A stretch of 64,000 nt of DNA from an uncultured Oscillospiraceae bacterium (GCA_900552265.1 URZE01000003.1:23336-87335); one strand, 5' to 3'; counted from the first letter of the stretch, positions 29,371-40,582 are shown. Program-made: numbers and translations. Notes: generated from the sequence alone by a model not told the origin.

Positions 29371-29985
29371 TTATTCTTCTTTAAAACTTTTTATAACTTT
29401 AAGTCTGGAAAACTCTTCACGTTCTTTTTCTTCCAAAGCATCGGAAATAGATTTTATCTGGTTTTCAAACTTTGGTATCATAATATTTTTAAGAGCATTT
29501 GCTCTCTTTTGAGTCTTTTTTATCGCATTTGCCAACAGATACACACTTGTTTCGACTTCGGCAAGACTTGCAGTCATCTTACTTACCTCTCGAAAACAAG
29601 AATAAGCTTTATCAAGGTCAGAATTCGAATCATATAATCCAAAAGGAATTTCATCGACTTCTTTTTGCTTAAACTGAACTATCGGTATCTCGACACCCAT
29701 TACACTTCGAAAAGAAAGACTAAGTCCCGATTCTTCAGGTACTGCTTGAGACAACTCTTCACATACACCGAGCGCTATATTGGCTTTTCGCAAAGTCGTA
29801 AATGCTTTCGTATAAGTTTCATCTATACTGTTTTGAATTTCTTCAGCACGTTCGATAAGAGCCATCATTTCTCTGACTAAAATATTTCTTTTTCTATCCA
29901 AAAGTTCAAAACCGAGTTTGGAAAGCTCAAAAGATTTTTTTGCGGCTATTAAATTGCCTTTTGTGGGAGCTATTTGATTTGACAT
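29371..29985 (-). CDS. ntpD: V-type ATP synthase subunit D
   Basis: 204 aa. MSNQIAPTKGNLIAAKKSFELSKLGFELLDRKRNILVREM is typical of V/A-ATPase D. RBS GGGAGG. Confidence 0.85.
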   Translation of the reverse strand: MSNQIAPTKGNLIAAKKSFELSKLGFELLDRKRNILVREMMALIERAEEIQNSIDETYTKAFTTLRKANIALGVCEELSQAVPEESGLSLSFRSVMGVEIPIVQFKQKEVDEIPFGLYDSNSDLDKAYSCFREVSKMTASLAEVETSVYLLANAIKKTQKRANALKNIMIPKFENQIKSISDALEEKEREEFSRLKVIKSFKEE

Positions 29986-30004
29986 AACTTACCTCCCTTA
30001 TAAA

Positions 30005-31474
30005 CTAATTATCATCTGCGTCGTCGATGTCGTCATCCATTTCCTCAGAAGTTTCATCTTCAACAAAATCAATCTTATTTTTACGCTCGAGAAGTTCTTT
30101 ATCGTCGATATAATATTTGTCAAGAGTTTCACCGCTAACTCTGTCAAGTTCCTGTTTCGGAAGTGTGGAAAGAAGTCGCCATCCAAGTTCCAAGCTTCGT
30201 TCTATTGACCTGTTATCGTTAAATCCTTGATTAATAAATTGTTTTTCAAAGGCATTTCCGAAATTGATATACAATTTATCTATAGGTGATAAATCTTCTT
30301 CACCTATAACCGACGCCAGTGCTCTTGCATCCTGAACCTTTGCATATGATGCAAAAAGCTGATTGGCAAGTTCCGGATGATCTGCTCTGGTAAATCCCTC
30401 TCCTATTCCATCTTTCATAAGCCTTGAGAGAGATGGCAAAACTGAAATCGGAGGATAGTATCCTTTGCGGTCTATCGCTCTGTCAAGAACTATCTGACCT
30501 TCTGTAATGTATCCGGTAAGATCGGGCACCGGATGAGTTATATCGTCATTGGGCATGGTAAGAATCGGAATTTGTGTAACTGAACCTTTTTTACCTTTTA
30601 CTATACCGGCACGCTCATAAAGAGAAGCAAAATCCGAATAAAGATAGCCAGGATAACCCTTACGACCCGGAATCTCTCCCTTTGAAGAACTAAATTCTCT
30701 AAGAGCTTCAGCGTACGAAGTCATATCCGTCATAATTACAAGAACGTGCATTCCAAGTTCAAAAGCAAGATATTCGGCTGTAGTAAGCGCACATCTCGGA
30801 GTCAAAATTCTTTCTATTACTGGGTCATTGGAAAGGTTAAGATACATTACAACTCTTTCAATTACTCCCGATTCATCAAACTTACGTCTAAAATATTCCG
30901 CAACGTCATTCTTTACTCCCATGGCAGCAAAAACTATTGCAAGATTATCTTCTTCACCCTCTGCAAGTTTGGCCTGACGAGCAATCTGAACCGCAAGTTC
31001 ATTATGCTTCATTCCCGAACTTGAAAATATCGGAAGTTTTTGTCCTCTTATAAGAGTAGAAAGTGTATCTATCGAAGAAATTCCCGTATTTATATAATTT
31101 TGTGGATACTCCCTCGCAATAGGGTTTATTGGAGTTCCGTTAATATTCATTTTTTTATGCGGAAAAACTTTTCCCAGATTATCTATCGGCTCACCTGAAC
31201 CGTTAAAAACACGACCTAAAATCTCCGGAGAAAGAGAAATCTCCATTGGGTGACCTTTTAATTTAACTTTCGTATCGTCAAGAGCAATAGCTTGAGTTCC
31301 TTCAAAAACTTGCACTATAACTCTGTCACCCTCAATCTGGACTATACGACCTTTTCTATAATTCCCGTCTCCGAGTTTGATATCAACAACCTCTTCATAT
31401 GACGCACCCTCAACTCCGTCTATAACTATCAGAGAACCGCTTATTTCCTTTAATCCAACATAATTCAGTACCAA
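30005..31474 (-). CDS. ntpB: V-type ATP synthase subunit B (with an unusual acidic C-terminal tail)
   Basis: 489 aa. Conserved B-subunit core. C-terminal about 30 aa is highly acidic ([17 protein letters not shown]). TTG start with GAGGTGA RBS. Confidence 0.9.
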   Translation of the reverse strand: MVLNYVGLKEISGSLIVIDGVEGASYEEVVDIKLGDGNYRKGRIVQIEGDRVIVQVFEGTQAIALDDTKVKLKGHPMEISLSPEILGRVFNGSGEPIDNLGKVFPHKKMNINGTPINPIAREYPQNYINTGISSIDTLSTLIRGQKLPIFSSSGMKHNELAVQIARQAKLAEGEEDNLAIVFAAMGVKNDVAEYFRRKFDESGVIERVVMYLNLSNDPVIERILTPRCALTTAEYLAFELGMHVLVIMTDMTSYAEALREFSSSKGEIPGRKGYPGYLYSDFASLYERAGIVKGKKGSVTQIPILTMPNDDITHPVPDLTGYITEGQIVLDRAIDRKGYYPPISVLPSLSRLMKDGIGEGFTRADHPELANQLFASYAKVQDARALASVIGEEDLSPIDKLYINFGNAFEKQFINQGFNDNRSIERSLELGWRLLSTLPKQELDRVSGETLDKYYIDDKELLERKNKIDFVEDETSEEMDDDIDDADDN

Positions 31475-31493
31475 TTATCTCACCTCTTTTTCG

Positions 31494-33275
31494 CTACGGC
31501 CTATCGCCGATTATTTTATTTAATGTTTCATCTATCATATGTTTGTAATCATCAAGCAACTCAAGTTTATCATTCGGTACGTCGTATTTTATACGTGTAA
31601 GTTTATCAAAAATTCCCGTCTCGATAACTCTTGAAATGGGTATGGAAGCACTTATAAGCTGACGAACTCTTTTGTTTAAATACAGAATTACTTTCATCAT
31701 CTTTTTTTGTTTTTTCAGAGGCACAAAAGTATCGTCTTTATGGAATGCATTTTGTTGCAAAAAGCCTACTCTGATTACCTTTGCAATTTCTATTATAAGC
31801 TTTTGATCGTCGGGCAAAACATCAGCTCCAACGAGTTTCACTATTTCCATAAGTTTATCTTCTTCACTCAAAATAGAAGCTATCTTTTTACGATATCTTA
31901 TAAACGAATCTCCCGCATTTTTTGAATACCACGGATCAAGGTCTCCAAAATATTCACTATAGCTGTTTATCCAGTTAATAGCAGGATAATGTCTGGCATA
32001 TGCAAGTGCTTTATCAAGAGCCCAGAAACATCTGACAAAACGTTTAGTATTTTGAGTAACCGGTTCAGAAAAGTCCGAACCTTGCGGAGAAACCGCTCCT
32101 ATTATCGTAACTGAACCTTCACTTCCGCTCAAAGTTTCTGCTCTACCCGCCCTTTCATAGAACGCAGACAAACGAGAAGGCAAATATGGCGGAAATCCTT
32201 CTTCTGCAGGCATTTCTTCAAGTCGTCCCGAAATTTCTCTGAGCGCTTCCGCCCAACGAGACGTAGAATCTGCCATTATAGCAACGTCATATCCCATATC
32301 ACGGTAATATTCCGCAAGAGTTATACCGGTGTAAATAGATGCTTCACGTGCAGCCACAGGCATATTGGAAGTATTTGCTATTAAAATTGTTCTTTCCGTC
32401 ATGGGTTTGTTAGACTTCGGGTCGATAAGTTTTGAAAACTCGTCTACGACTTGACTCATTTCATTTCCACGTTCACCGCAGCCGACATAAACTATTATGT
32501 CTGCATCGCACCATTTCGCAAGTTGATGCTGAGTCATTGTTTTACCTGTTCCGAATCCTCCCGGAACTGCAGCTGCTCCACCTTTCGCAACAGGAAAAAG
32601 TGTATCTATTATTCTTTGCCCTGTTATGAGAGGAATATTAGAAGGTAACCTTTTTTTCATCGGTCTGGGAATACGTATCGGCCAATACTGACAAAGAGTC
32701 AATTCGTGAATTTTTCCATTTGACTCCTTAATCTTTACAATTACGTCATTAACCTTATATTCACCGCTTCGTACGGCTTCCAACACTTCTCCCTTAATGT
32801 TCGGTGGAACCAAGCATCTATGCTCTATAACGGAAGTCTCCGGACATCTTGCATATACCGTACCGCTTTCCAAAAAATCTCCGGCTTTTACGCAGACTTC
32901 TACATTCCACAGTTTTTCCGGATCAAGTGCAGGTACACTGCAGCCTCTTCCTATAAACGAACCACTTTCTTCTTGAATTGATTTAAGTGGACGCTCAATA
33001 CCATCAAAAATATTATTAAGCATACCCGGTCCCAAACACACTTTCATGGGACCTCCCGTTCCTGTTACGGGTTCACCGGGCTTAAGTCCGGTAGTTTCTT
33101 CGTAAACCTGAATTGTGGTCAATTCATCGGTAACGCCTATTATCTCGCCTATTAGACGTTCTTTTCCGACATACACCATTTCCATCATGGAAAATGATTT
33201 AGTTCCTTTAACGGTCACAACAGGACCGTTTATGCCATATATAACATTATTATCATTCATATCGGTAACAAGCAC
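31494..33275 (-). CDS. ntpA: V-type ATP synthase catalytic subunit A
   Basis: 593 aa. Walker A GGFGTGKT. N-terminal beta-barrel GINGPVVTVKG. Start is GTG at 33275 or ATG at 33260. Confidence 0.92.
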   Translation of the reverse strand: MLVTDMNDNNVIYGINGPVVTVKGTKSFSMMEMVYVGKERLIGEIIGVTDELTTIQVYEETTGLKPGEPVTGTGGPMKVCLGPGMLNNIFDGIERPLKSIQEESGSFIGRGCSVPALDPEKLWNVEVCVKAGDFLESGTVYARCPETSVIEHRCLVPPNIKGEVLEAVRSGEYKVNDVIVKIKESNGKIHELTLCQYWPIRIPRPMKKRLPSNIPLITGQRIIDTLFPVAKGGAAAVPGGFGTGKTMTQHQLAKWCDADIIVYVGCGERGNEMSQVVDEFSKLIDPKSNKPMTERTILIANTSNMPVAAREASIYTGITLAEYYRDMGYDVAIMADSTSRWAEALREISGRLEEMPAEEGFPPYLPSRLSAFYERAGRAETLSGSEGSVTIIGAVSPQGSDFSEPVTQNTKRFVRCFWALDKALAYARHYPAINWINSYSEYFGDLDPWYSKNAGDSFIRYRKKIASILSEEDKLMEIVKLVGADVLPDDQKLIIEIAKVIRVGFLQQNAFHKDDTFVPLKKQKKMMKVILYLNKRVRQLISASIPISRVIETGIFDKLTRIKYDVPNDKLELLDDYKHMIDETLNKIIGDRP

Positions 33276-33332
33276 ATACAGAAAACCTGCTGCGGGTGCT
33301 CACCCTCCTGACCTAAAAATTAAGTATTTTTA

Positions 33333-33926
33333 CTAAACCAAAAGTATTCCGAAATTTTCCGCTGCCCAATCTTCTTCATCTTTGAGCTTTGCATCAAGTG
33401 TTTCGTCGGCTATAAGTCCACGATTCTGACTATATCCCCTTATTCCACCTATAATTATATCATTGGCAACACTTATTTTGCATTTTCTTCCAAATGCTTT
33501 TTGAATCATATCAGCATACTTTAAATCGCTTTCTTTAACGAAAAGTATCGTATCGGATTCCGTAAGAACATTGGATATCTGCGTAGCGTACTCTTTAAGA
33601 GTTTCGGCGTATCGTTCCGAAAAAGTAAAATCAATAAGTTTATTCCTTGATTCTCTGAAAATTTCTTTCATCATTTCTCGACGTCTTTGGGAAACTTTCT
33701 TGCGTTCATCCAACTCTTTATGAGAAACTTCAACAACTATTTTATTCTTCATATTTATAAGTTCTTTTTGTATCATGCTGTTAACATCTTCCATAATCTC
33801 GGCTTCTGCTTTTTCGAGTTCACGCTTTTCTATTTCTTTAATTTCGTCTGTAATTTTTGATTTTTGTCGCTTTGCATATTTATCTATGGTGTTCAAAAAG
33901 TTACTGGATTTAAAGCTTTTATGCAC
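33333..33926 (-). CDS. ntpE: V-type ATP synthase subunit E
   Basis: Helical N-terminus KITDEIKEIEKRELEKAEAEI. Probable GTG start at 33926 with GGAGG RBS (the ORF track extends to 33953). Confidence 0.7.
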   Translation of the reverse strand: MHKSFKSSNFLNTIDKYAKRQKSKITDEIKEIEKRELEKAEAEIMEDVNSMIQKELINMKNKIVVEVSHKELDERKKVSQRRREMMKEIFRESRNKLIDFTFSERYAETLKEYATQISNVLTESDTILFVKESDLKYADMIQKAFGRKCKISVANDIIIGGIRGYSQNRGLIADETLDAKLKDEEDWAAENFGILLV

Positions 33927-33954
33927 TTGTTTCGCCTCCGTTCTTCGTTGCAAG

Positions 33955-34263
33955 CTAAATTTTAAGTCCGATTGCTTCCTTTATATAACCTGTTATGGCA
34001 TCTTTTTTATTGGTTTTTGATTTTCCGTCCGGAATCTCAACTATCAAAGGCTTTTTACAGGTATTCTTTAAGTTATAGACATAATCTTTACACATTTCCA
34101 CAAGCTTTTCGGTGATTAAAATTATCGCAACGTCATCCTTTTTCATAGCGCTGTTAATCGATTTTTCCACTTCTTCGGACGTCTTGGCAATAACTCCTGT
34201 TATACCAGCCAAACGCATTCCGACTAAGGTATCGGTATTATCACTTATAAGCTCAAAACGCAT
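33955..34263 (-). CDS. ntpF: V-type ATP synthase subunit F
   Basis: MRFELISDNTDTLVGMRLAGI...IILITEKL. Start ATG at 34263 with GGAG RBS (the ORF-track extension overlaps subunit K). Confidence 0.75.
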   Translation of the reverse strand: MRFELISDNTDTLVGMRLAGITGVIAKTSEEVEKSINSAMKKDDVAIILITEKLVEMCKDYVYNLKNTCKKPLIVEIPDGKSKTNKKDAITGYIKEAIGLKI

Positions 34264-34267
34264 ATCC

Positions 34268-34738
34268 TTATGCTCCCAATACCAAAGAATCAAGCTTACC
34301 GAACATCATTATTGAAACAACGAGTCCGAAAATTGCAATACCTTCACCAAGTGCAACAAGAATAAGAGCCTTACCAAATACTTGAGGATTTTCAGAAGTA
34401 GCGGCAATCGCAGCAGGTGCGGCTGAAGCAACGGCTATTCCTCCTCCGATTCCCGAAAGACCGGTAACCAAAGCAGCAGCTATAAGTCCTACTCCATAAG
34501 CACTTGCATTGGCTGCAGCAGTAGCTGAAGATACTGTCGAAGCAGCTTCTGCGCCTTCCGCATGAGCTGAAACAGCCGGCACTATAAGGCACATCAATGC
34601 TACGAATGCTGTGGAACATATTTGAAGAACTACAGCTTTCTTTTTATTTGCTCCTCTTTTTACCGCTTTAATGGCAAGCCATGTGCTGAGTGCGATTGAA
34701 AGTCCCGGAATAATAAAATACAAAAATGACATAGACAT
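34268..34738 (-). CDS. ntpK: V-type ATP synthase proteolipid subunit K (c-ring)
   Basis: Duplicated hairpin proteolipid with GLxxIGxGIAxG motifs. Likely ATG at 34738 with GGAGG RBS. Confidence 0.85.
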   Translation of the reverse strand: MSMSFLYFIIPGLSIALSTWLAIKAVKRGANKKKAVVLQICSTAFVALMCLIVPAVSAHAEGAEAASTVSSATAAANASAYGVGLIAAALVTGLSGIGGGIAVASAAPAAIAATSENPQVFGKALILVALGEGIAIFGLVVSIMMFGKLDSLVLGA

Positions 34739-34800
34739 AATAATAACCTCCAAAATTATTAATTTAATTTATTTTCAAATTTTTTAAATTGAAAAGCATT

Positions 34801-36753
34801 TTATGCGTCTTCTTTGACCGTAACGGGAGTAAATACTCTTCCCTGGCCTTCGAAGAATCTACTGAACATTTCATAAAATTCAAGCCTTAAAACCTGAATT
34901 CCTGCTAAAAGTGCTTCAAGCAAAATAACAACTGCATTCCCTATAACCACAGTTATGATATATCCTGCTCCACTGAACATATTTGCAAGAGTAAACACAA
35001 CCATCATCATTCCCGCATGACCCAAAACATATGCTCCCACACGAGAAAACGATACAGTATTCGTAACATAACTTAAAATCACTTCAAAAAGTTCTATTAC
35101 ACTTTGCATAATGTAATCCGCCCAATTGTCAGGCTTCCAGTTACGCTCGTGATTTGCAATTTTTATAAGTATTTCACTGAACATCAAAAGTATCATCGGT
35201 ATTACTATGAGAACAACCATATACACGGTATTAACTACTCCTGTATGAAGCATTACCATATCAACGAGCATAAACATTGCTGAAGAATAAAGAACAAGAC
35301 CACATATTCCATTCGGACCAAACAATGCTTCTCCTAAATGTTTTCTCTTGAACGCTGAATAAATACCCAACATCATAGCAATAATCAAAAGTACTACTCC
35401 GATTCCTACAGCAATATAAAGTATATAACTTGTAGTTGAAGAATTCATAACTTCAATGGGCTTTTCGGAAAGACCGAAAACATTTTTATAAAATCCATCT
35501 AAAGCATGCTCAAACCCAAATACCGAACCGAAAAGTGTTCCGAATATCGCCGAGAAAATTCCACAAGAAATAAGTATTCTTCCAAGTTTCATTTTCTTTA
35601 GCTTCCACATGAGGAATCCCACAAGTGAAACCACCAATCCCTGACCTAAATCCGCAAACATTATTCCAAACAAAATATTATAAGTAATTGCAACAAACGC
35701 TGTCGGATCAAGCTCATCATAAGAAGGCACTCCGTAAGTATCAACGAAAAACTCAAAAGGTTTAAAAATTTTATTGTTTCTGAGTTTTACCGGAGGCATA
35801 TGACTTAACATATCTTTTCCTTCTTCGGTAGAATACTCAATCCCTTTTACTTTACTTATTTTCGATTTAAAAAGTTCCAAACTTTCTTTCGGTACCCAAC
35901 CGACAAGTATAAAACTATTATTATACTGTGCAGCGTAAGATTTTATTTCGAAATAAGTATTAAGTTCTTTGAGCTTGGTGTAAAATTTCATACACCGACT
36001 CTTTTGCGACTCCCAAAATTCAGATATTTTTTTATCGATATTCTCAATTTTTCTGTATATTTCAGTTCTCAAACTCTGAAGTTCTGAAACTGCTTCGTAA
36101 GGAGTTTTTTCATAAGGTTTAAGTTTCACTTCTTCAAAATACAAAGATGAAAAAAGTCGATTTATTTCTTTTTCATTCTCAATATCTGTAAAATACATTC
36201 CCCATTGGTATTCGTCATCAAACGTCAGAGGAAAAAACAAAAGCTCTATACCTTTTTTTGAATTTTCTTCCGCAAGTTCTGAAAGCTTTGAATAATACGC
36301 ATTTGGTATTTTCCCAAAATGTGCTCTGCAATACTCACATTCAAGAACGTCGCTGATATTTTGATTAAGACCGTAAAAATGTTTTAAAAGTTCAATCTCT
36401 TCTTTATACTCCGCAAGATCTCTGTACAGCTTACGTTTACTTTCTACCGCTTGAGAAACATTTTCGGAAATATATTTTACATATCGTTCCACTTTTGGTT
36501 TATTTACTTTAAAATCTTCGATATCTGTAAAAACCGGTTTACCGCCGCAAGAATAAATGGCGTTTTGCAAATCTTGAAGTGGTTCGGAATACGGATTTTC
36601 TTCGGTTACCTGAGAAAAATTTTCCGTATCGGAATAAAATGAGAAAACATTATCCGGTTGAAAGACTCCCGATTCACCGCAAATATTAACAAGTTCGCCA
36701 AGCTTGTTTATCGGGCCTATCATACTTATAAAGTTCATTTCGGACACAGCCAT
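34801..36753 (-). CDS. ntpI: V-type ATP synthase subunit I (a-subunit)
   Basis: 650 aa. Soluble N-terminal half plus about 7 TM in the C-terminal half with a conserved Arg-containing helix. RBS GTGAGGTG. Confidence 0.85.
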   Translation of the reverse strand: MAVSEMNFISMIGPINKLGELVNICGESGVFQPDNVFSFYSDTENFSQVTEENPYSEPLQDLQNAIYSCGGKPVFTDIEDFKVNKPKVERYVKYISENVSQAVESKRKLYRDLAEYKEEIELLKHFYGLNQNISDVLECEYCRAHFGKIPNAYYSKLSELAEENSKKGIELLFFPLTFDDEYQWGMYFTDIENEKEINRLFSSLYFEEVKLKPYEKTPYEAVSELQSLRTEIYRKIENIDKKISEFWESQKSRCMKFYTKLKELNTYFEIKSYAAQYNNSFILVGWVPKESLELFKSKISKVKGIEYSTEEGKDMLSHMPPVKLRNNKIFKPFEFFVDTYGVPSYDELDPTAFVAITYNILFGIMFADLGQGLVVSLVGFLMWKLKKMKLGRILISCGIFSAIFGTLFGSVFGFEHALDGFYKNVFGLSEKPIEVMNSSTTSYILYIAVGIGVVLLIIAMMLGIYSAFKRKHLGEALFGPNGICGLVLYSSAMFMLVDMVMLHTGVVNTVYMVVLIVIPMILLMFSEILIKIANHERNWKPDNWADYIMQSVIELFEVILSYVTNTVSFSRVGAYVLGHAGMMMVVFTLANMFSGAGYIITVVIGNAVVILLEALLAGIQVLRLEFYEMFSRFFEGQGRVFTPVTVKEDA

Positions 36754-36781
36754 TTAAAATCAGCACCTCACTTTTTATTAA

Positions 36782-37840
36782 TCAATTTAATCCTATAAGC
36801 ATTTTCTTTATCTCATCTACGGGAAGTCTGTACTTTATTCCCTCGATTATCGTTATTATATTTAAAATTTCAATTTCTTTAAGGAATATATACGAAATTA
36901 AAACAACCGGCGGAGAAATAGAAAATCTTATATTATGTCGGCACCAATCGTACCTCATGTTAACCGGAACTTTATCTATTACGTCCAGCCCTCTTGAAAA
37001 CCACTTTCTACCCATTCGAGTATTCTTCATATCAGCCATCATCTGCTTATCTGTAGGAGCTTGTACAAATCCTTTAAGCTGTTCTTTCGAAAGCGTTCCC
37101 TGCTCCATAACTGCCGACATCATATATTCAAAACCCAAATTATAGAATTTGCGCATACGAACGATTCTGATAAGATTGCTAAGGTCTATATAAAGATTAA
37201 AAAAATCTTTAAGTTCTTTCTTGGCCTTTCCCTTTACATATTTATCTATAATTGCGAATACAGTCTTATAAAGATGGTTATAAAGAGCAGTTTCGATTGC
37301 CGTGAGATCCAAACGCTTCCCCTTAGACGGTTTGAACGGTAAAAGAACTTTGTAATATGGAGACTTTTTAACTATTTCAAGAAAATCATCATAATTTCTG
37401 ATATTTTTCAAAGCTTTAAGATCTACTTTTGCATGACTATAGAAAAATTCGGGAACCGTTCTTATGTATTCTCCGGATTTTCCCGCATTCAAAAGCATTA
37501 AACTATGCATAAATTGTTCTATTTCGGCTCGGGCTATTATATATTCAAAAAAGTGTTCCCCAACTGAAATATCATACCGTCCAAGTGCTTCAAAATCTAT
37601 AAAAAGCTTATATTTAAGCTTTTCTTCAAGTTCCGAACGATGAACGCTGTTCTCGTTTATATTCTTAAGCGCTGAAGAATAAGTAGTCTTTTTCTTCAAG
37701 TATGAAGCTATGTCCGGAATACTCTTACATGAAAGAAGTTCAGAATAATTTTTCGCATTCATGCTTTTTCCGTACATTGCCCTGGCTTTTGACAAAACTG
37801 CATTTGAGGCATATGAAATCATAACGAAAGCCGCATACAA
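36782..37840 (-). CDS. ntpC: V-type ATP synthase subunit C (d-subunit)
   Basis: 352 aa all-helical protein at the operon position of subunit C/d. The start is uncertain, between 37822 and 37840. Confidence 0.75.
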   Translation of the reverse strand: MYAAFVMISYASNAVLSKARAMYGKSMNAKNYSELLSCKSIPDIASYLKKKTTYSSALKNINENSVHRSELEEKLKYKLFIDFEALGRYDISVGEHFFEYIIARAEIEQFMHSLMLLNAGKSGEYIRTVPEFFYSHAKVDLKALKNIRNYDDFLEIVKKSPYYKVLLPFKPSKGKRLDLTAIETALYNHLYKTVFAIIDKYVKGKAKKELKDFFNLYIDLSNLIRIVRMRKFYNLGFEYMMSAVMEQGTLSKEQLKGFVQAPTDKQMMADMKNTRMGRKWFSRGLDVIDKVPVNMRYDWCRHNIRFSISPPVVLISYIFLKEIEILNIITIIEGIKYRLPVDEIKKMLIGLN

Positions 37841-37882
37841 ATCTCCGATTTCAAAGACTTAACGGCATTCACCACCTTTAAT

Positions 37883-38194
37883 TTATTTTTGAATAACTCT
37901 GTCAACTATAGCGTCTACCCATTTATCTTTATTTTCGTAATAGGTTTTTTCTATTCTGTCATATTTTTGTTCGTAAGAATTTTCTATTATTTTAAGCCTT
38001 ACCGCAGCTTTGATTTTTTCTTCTTTTTCGAGAACTTTTATATTCGTGCGGGCTCTGTCTATATACTCGTTTCTTCTTTGTTCCTTTATATCACTTATTT
38101 TTCGCTCGGAATCAATCTTAAGTTGATTCGCTTTAGTGAGGCTTTCACGAGCTTCTTTATCCATTTGTATTATTTTTCCTATCATATCTTCCAT
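37883..38194 (-). CDS. V-type ATP synthase subunit G/H (peripheral stalk)
   Basis: 103 aa, charged coiled-coil protein. First gene of the operon. RBS GTGAGGT. Confidence 0.65.
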   Translation of the reverse strand: MEDMIGKIIQMDKEARESLTKANQLKIDSERKISDIKEQRRNEYIDRARTNIKVLEKEEKIKAAVRLKIIENSYEQKYDRIEKTYYENKDKWVDAIVDRVIQK

Positions 38195-38486
38195 ATTTTA
38201 ATACCTCACTTCATAAAATGTTTCGTGTGCAAAAAATTACAGTCATTCACATAGAATTATGATACAAATATTTAAAATGTCAACAACTATTAAAAAATTT
38301 TATAATTTAATTTTTTATATTAATCGTATCAGCTACCGATAAAATGGCTAAAAATAAAAAACAAGGCTCTCTAAAAGTATTTACATAATTGATTTATTAA
38401 GTTAAAATATCATATGAATGAGAAAAATATACCGTTCATGCAAATGTATGGTAAAAAATAACAATAAATCGGGAGAGTGTCTGAAT

Positions 38487-39194
38487 TTGAAACCCAAGTA
38501 TAAGAGAATTTTACTCAAACTCAGCGGAGAAGCATTGGCCGGAACCAAAAAAACAGGAATAGATTTTGAAACAGTAAAACCAATAGCCGAAACAATTAAA
38601 AAATGCCACGATTCCGGCTGCGAAACAGCTGTAGTCGTAGGTGGAGGCAATTTTTGGAGAGGAAGAACAAGCGGAAATATGAACCGAGTCAGAGCTGATC
38701 ATATGGGAATGATGGCAACTGTTATGAATGCACTTGGTTTGGCAGACGTCTTGGAAGAAGTGGGACTGGAAGTAAGAATTATGACTGCGGTCGCATTCCC
38801 ACAGGTGGGTGAACAGTACTCGCCCGAAAAAGCTGTTCGTCATCTGAAAAAAGGCAGAGTTGTAGTCTTTGCATACGGAACCGGAAGTGCATTTTTTTCT
38901 ACAGATACCGCAGCAGCTCTGAGGGCTTCCGAAATTCAAGCCGAAGCAATATTCAAAGCTACAAACGTCGACGGAGTATACGACAGTGATCCAAAAATAA
39001 ACCCAAATGCAAAAAAATATACAGAAGTAACATTTGAAGAGGTACTTTCCAAAAATCTTAAAGTAATGGATTCAACTGCAGCTTCTCTTTGCCGTGACAA
39101 CAATATTTCTGTACTCGTTTTCAGCCTTCAAGATCCACAAAACATAATAAAAACACTTGAAGGAGAAAATTTGGGAACTATTGCAAGACCTTAA
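38487..39194 (+). CDS. pyrH: UMP kinase
   Basis: KRILLKLSGEALAG...AVVVGGGNFWRG. Likely TTG start at 38487 (GGGAGAG RBS). The ORF track's upstream extension from 38418 is unlikely. Confidence 0.9.
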   Translation: MKPKYKRILLKLSGEALAGTKKTGIDFETVKPIAETIKKCHDSGCETAVVVGGGNFWRGRTSGNMNRVRADHMGMMATVMNALGLADVLEEVGLEVRIMTAVAFPQVGEQYSPEKAVRHLKKGRVVVFAYGTGSAFFSTDTAAALRASEIQAEAIFKATNVDGVYDSDPKINPNAKKYTEVTFEEVLSKNLKVMDSTAASLCRDNNISVLVFSLQDPQNIIKTLEGENLGTIARP

Positions 39195-39281
39195 ATTATC
39201 CAAAACTCGCATGTAATTATATCAATCGGTAAAATTCATCCAAAAATTTAAAAATCTTTAATTAACTCGGAGGAAAATTTT

Positions 39282-39836
39282 ATGAATCAAATTCTAAACG
39301 ACGCAAAAAACCGTATGCAAACAACTTGTGACCGCCTTACTTCCGACTACGCTTCCATACAAGCCGGAAGAGCAAATGCTTCCATTTTGGATAAAGTAAC
39401 TGTTGACTATTACGGCACTCCCACTCCAATTAATCAAGTTGCTGCCGTTTCCGTATCCGAAGCAAGAGTTCTCGTAATACAACCTTGGGATATTTCTATA
39501 TTGAATGCTGTGGAAAAAGCTATCCAAAAATCAGATATCGGAATAAATCCTCAAAACGACGGAAAAGTAATACGTTTAATTTTTCCTCAACTCACAGAGG
39601 ATCGCAGAAAAGAAATATCCAAAGAAGTTTCGGCAATGGCTGAAGAATCTAAAATAGCAATAAGAAATATCAGACGTGACGTCATGGATAAAATCAAGAA
39701 TATGAAAAAATCTTCCGAAATTACCGAAGACGAACTGAAAACAGGAGAAAAGAAAATTCAAGATTTAACCGACAAATTCTGCAAACAAACAGAAGAAATA
39801 TGCAGTTCTAAAATTTCTCAGGTGATGTCACTTTAA
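39282..39836 (+). CDS. frr: ribosome recycling factor
   Basis: 184 aa. Conserved over the full length (…VLVIQPWD…). Confidence 0.92.
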   Translation: MNQILNDAKNRMQTTCDRLTSDYASIQAGRANASILDKVTVDYYGTPTPINQVAAVSVSEARVLVIQPWDISILNAVEKAIQKSDIGINPQNDGKVIRLIFPQLTEDRRKEISKEVSAMAEESKIAIRNIRRDVMDKIKNMKKSSEITEDELKTGEKKIQDLTDKFCKQTEEICSSKISQVMSL

Positions 39837-39859
39837 TCTTTAAGCTTGGAGAATGAATT

Positions 39860-40582
39860 ATGTTAAATTCAGATGCCGCAAAAAAGCTTCCTTTGCACGT
39901 GGGAATAATTATGGACGGAAATCGCAGGTGGGCCAAAAACCAAAGGCTTCCCGTGTCTTCCGGACATTCCCGTGGTGCGGAGGTTTTTAAAAATTTAGCT
40001 CTTTATTGCAACAAAATAGGTCTGAAAAATCTCACCGTATATGCTTTTTCCACCGAAAATTGGAAACGCTCGGCAACAGAAGTATCTGCTTTGATGTTTC
40101 TTTTTAAAAAATATTTAAAAAGTGTAATGCAGGATTTTAAAAATGAAAATATAAAACTTAAATTTATAGGTGATGTTTCTAAATTCTCAAGCGATATTCA
40201 AAAACTCATAAACACAATCGAAACCGAAACCAAAAGCAGAACAGGTATGCGTCTGAACATAGCCATGAATTACGGAAGTCGAGCCGAAATAATAAATGCC
40301 ATAAAAAATATGCAAAAAGATATAGACAGTCCATTAAACAAAAATATCTGTGATTTGACTGAAGGAAAATTTGGTTCTTATCTTTACACCGAAAATCAGC
40401 CTGATGTAGATTTTCTCATACGCACCGGCGGCGAAAAACGAATATCCAACTTTCTTTTGTGGCAATCTGCTTATGCTGAACTTTATTTTGCCGACGTACT
40501 TTGGCCGGATTTTTCGGAAAAAATTTTTGATGAAGCAATTCAAGAATATTATAACCGCAACAGGAGATTCGGAGGCGAGTAA
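39860..40582 (+). CDS. uppS: undecaprenyl diphosphate synthase
   Basis: HVGIIMDGNRRWAK and the C-terminal ...RRFGG motif. Confidence 0.92.
   Translation: MLNSDAAKKLPLHVGIIMDGNRRWAKNQRLPVSSGHSRGAEVFKNLALYCNKIGLKNLTVYAFSTENWKRSATEVSALMFLFKKYLKSVMQDFKNENIKLKFIGDVSKFSSDIQKLINTIETETKSRTGMRLNIAMNYGSRAEIINAIKNMQKDIDSPLNKNICDLTEGKFGSYLYTENQPDVDFLIRTGGEKRISNFLLWQSAYAELYFADVLWPDFSEKIFDEAIQEYYNRNRRFGGE

Noticed and set aside
29330-29375. Weak hairpin between ntpD and the HlyD-like gene as a terminator
   Set aside because: The stem is only 6 bp with a 16-nt loop and a poor T-tract. Read-through from the V-ATPase operon into the export operon cannot be excluded or supported.
38418-38486. N-terminal extension of pyrH from the ATG at 38418
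   Set aside because: The extension (MRKIYRSCKCMVKNNNKSGEC) is unconserved. A TTG at 38487 with a GGGAGAG RBS gives the canonical UMP kinase N-terminus.
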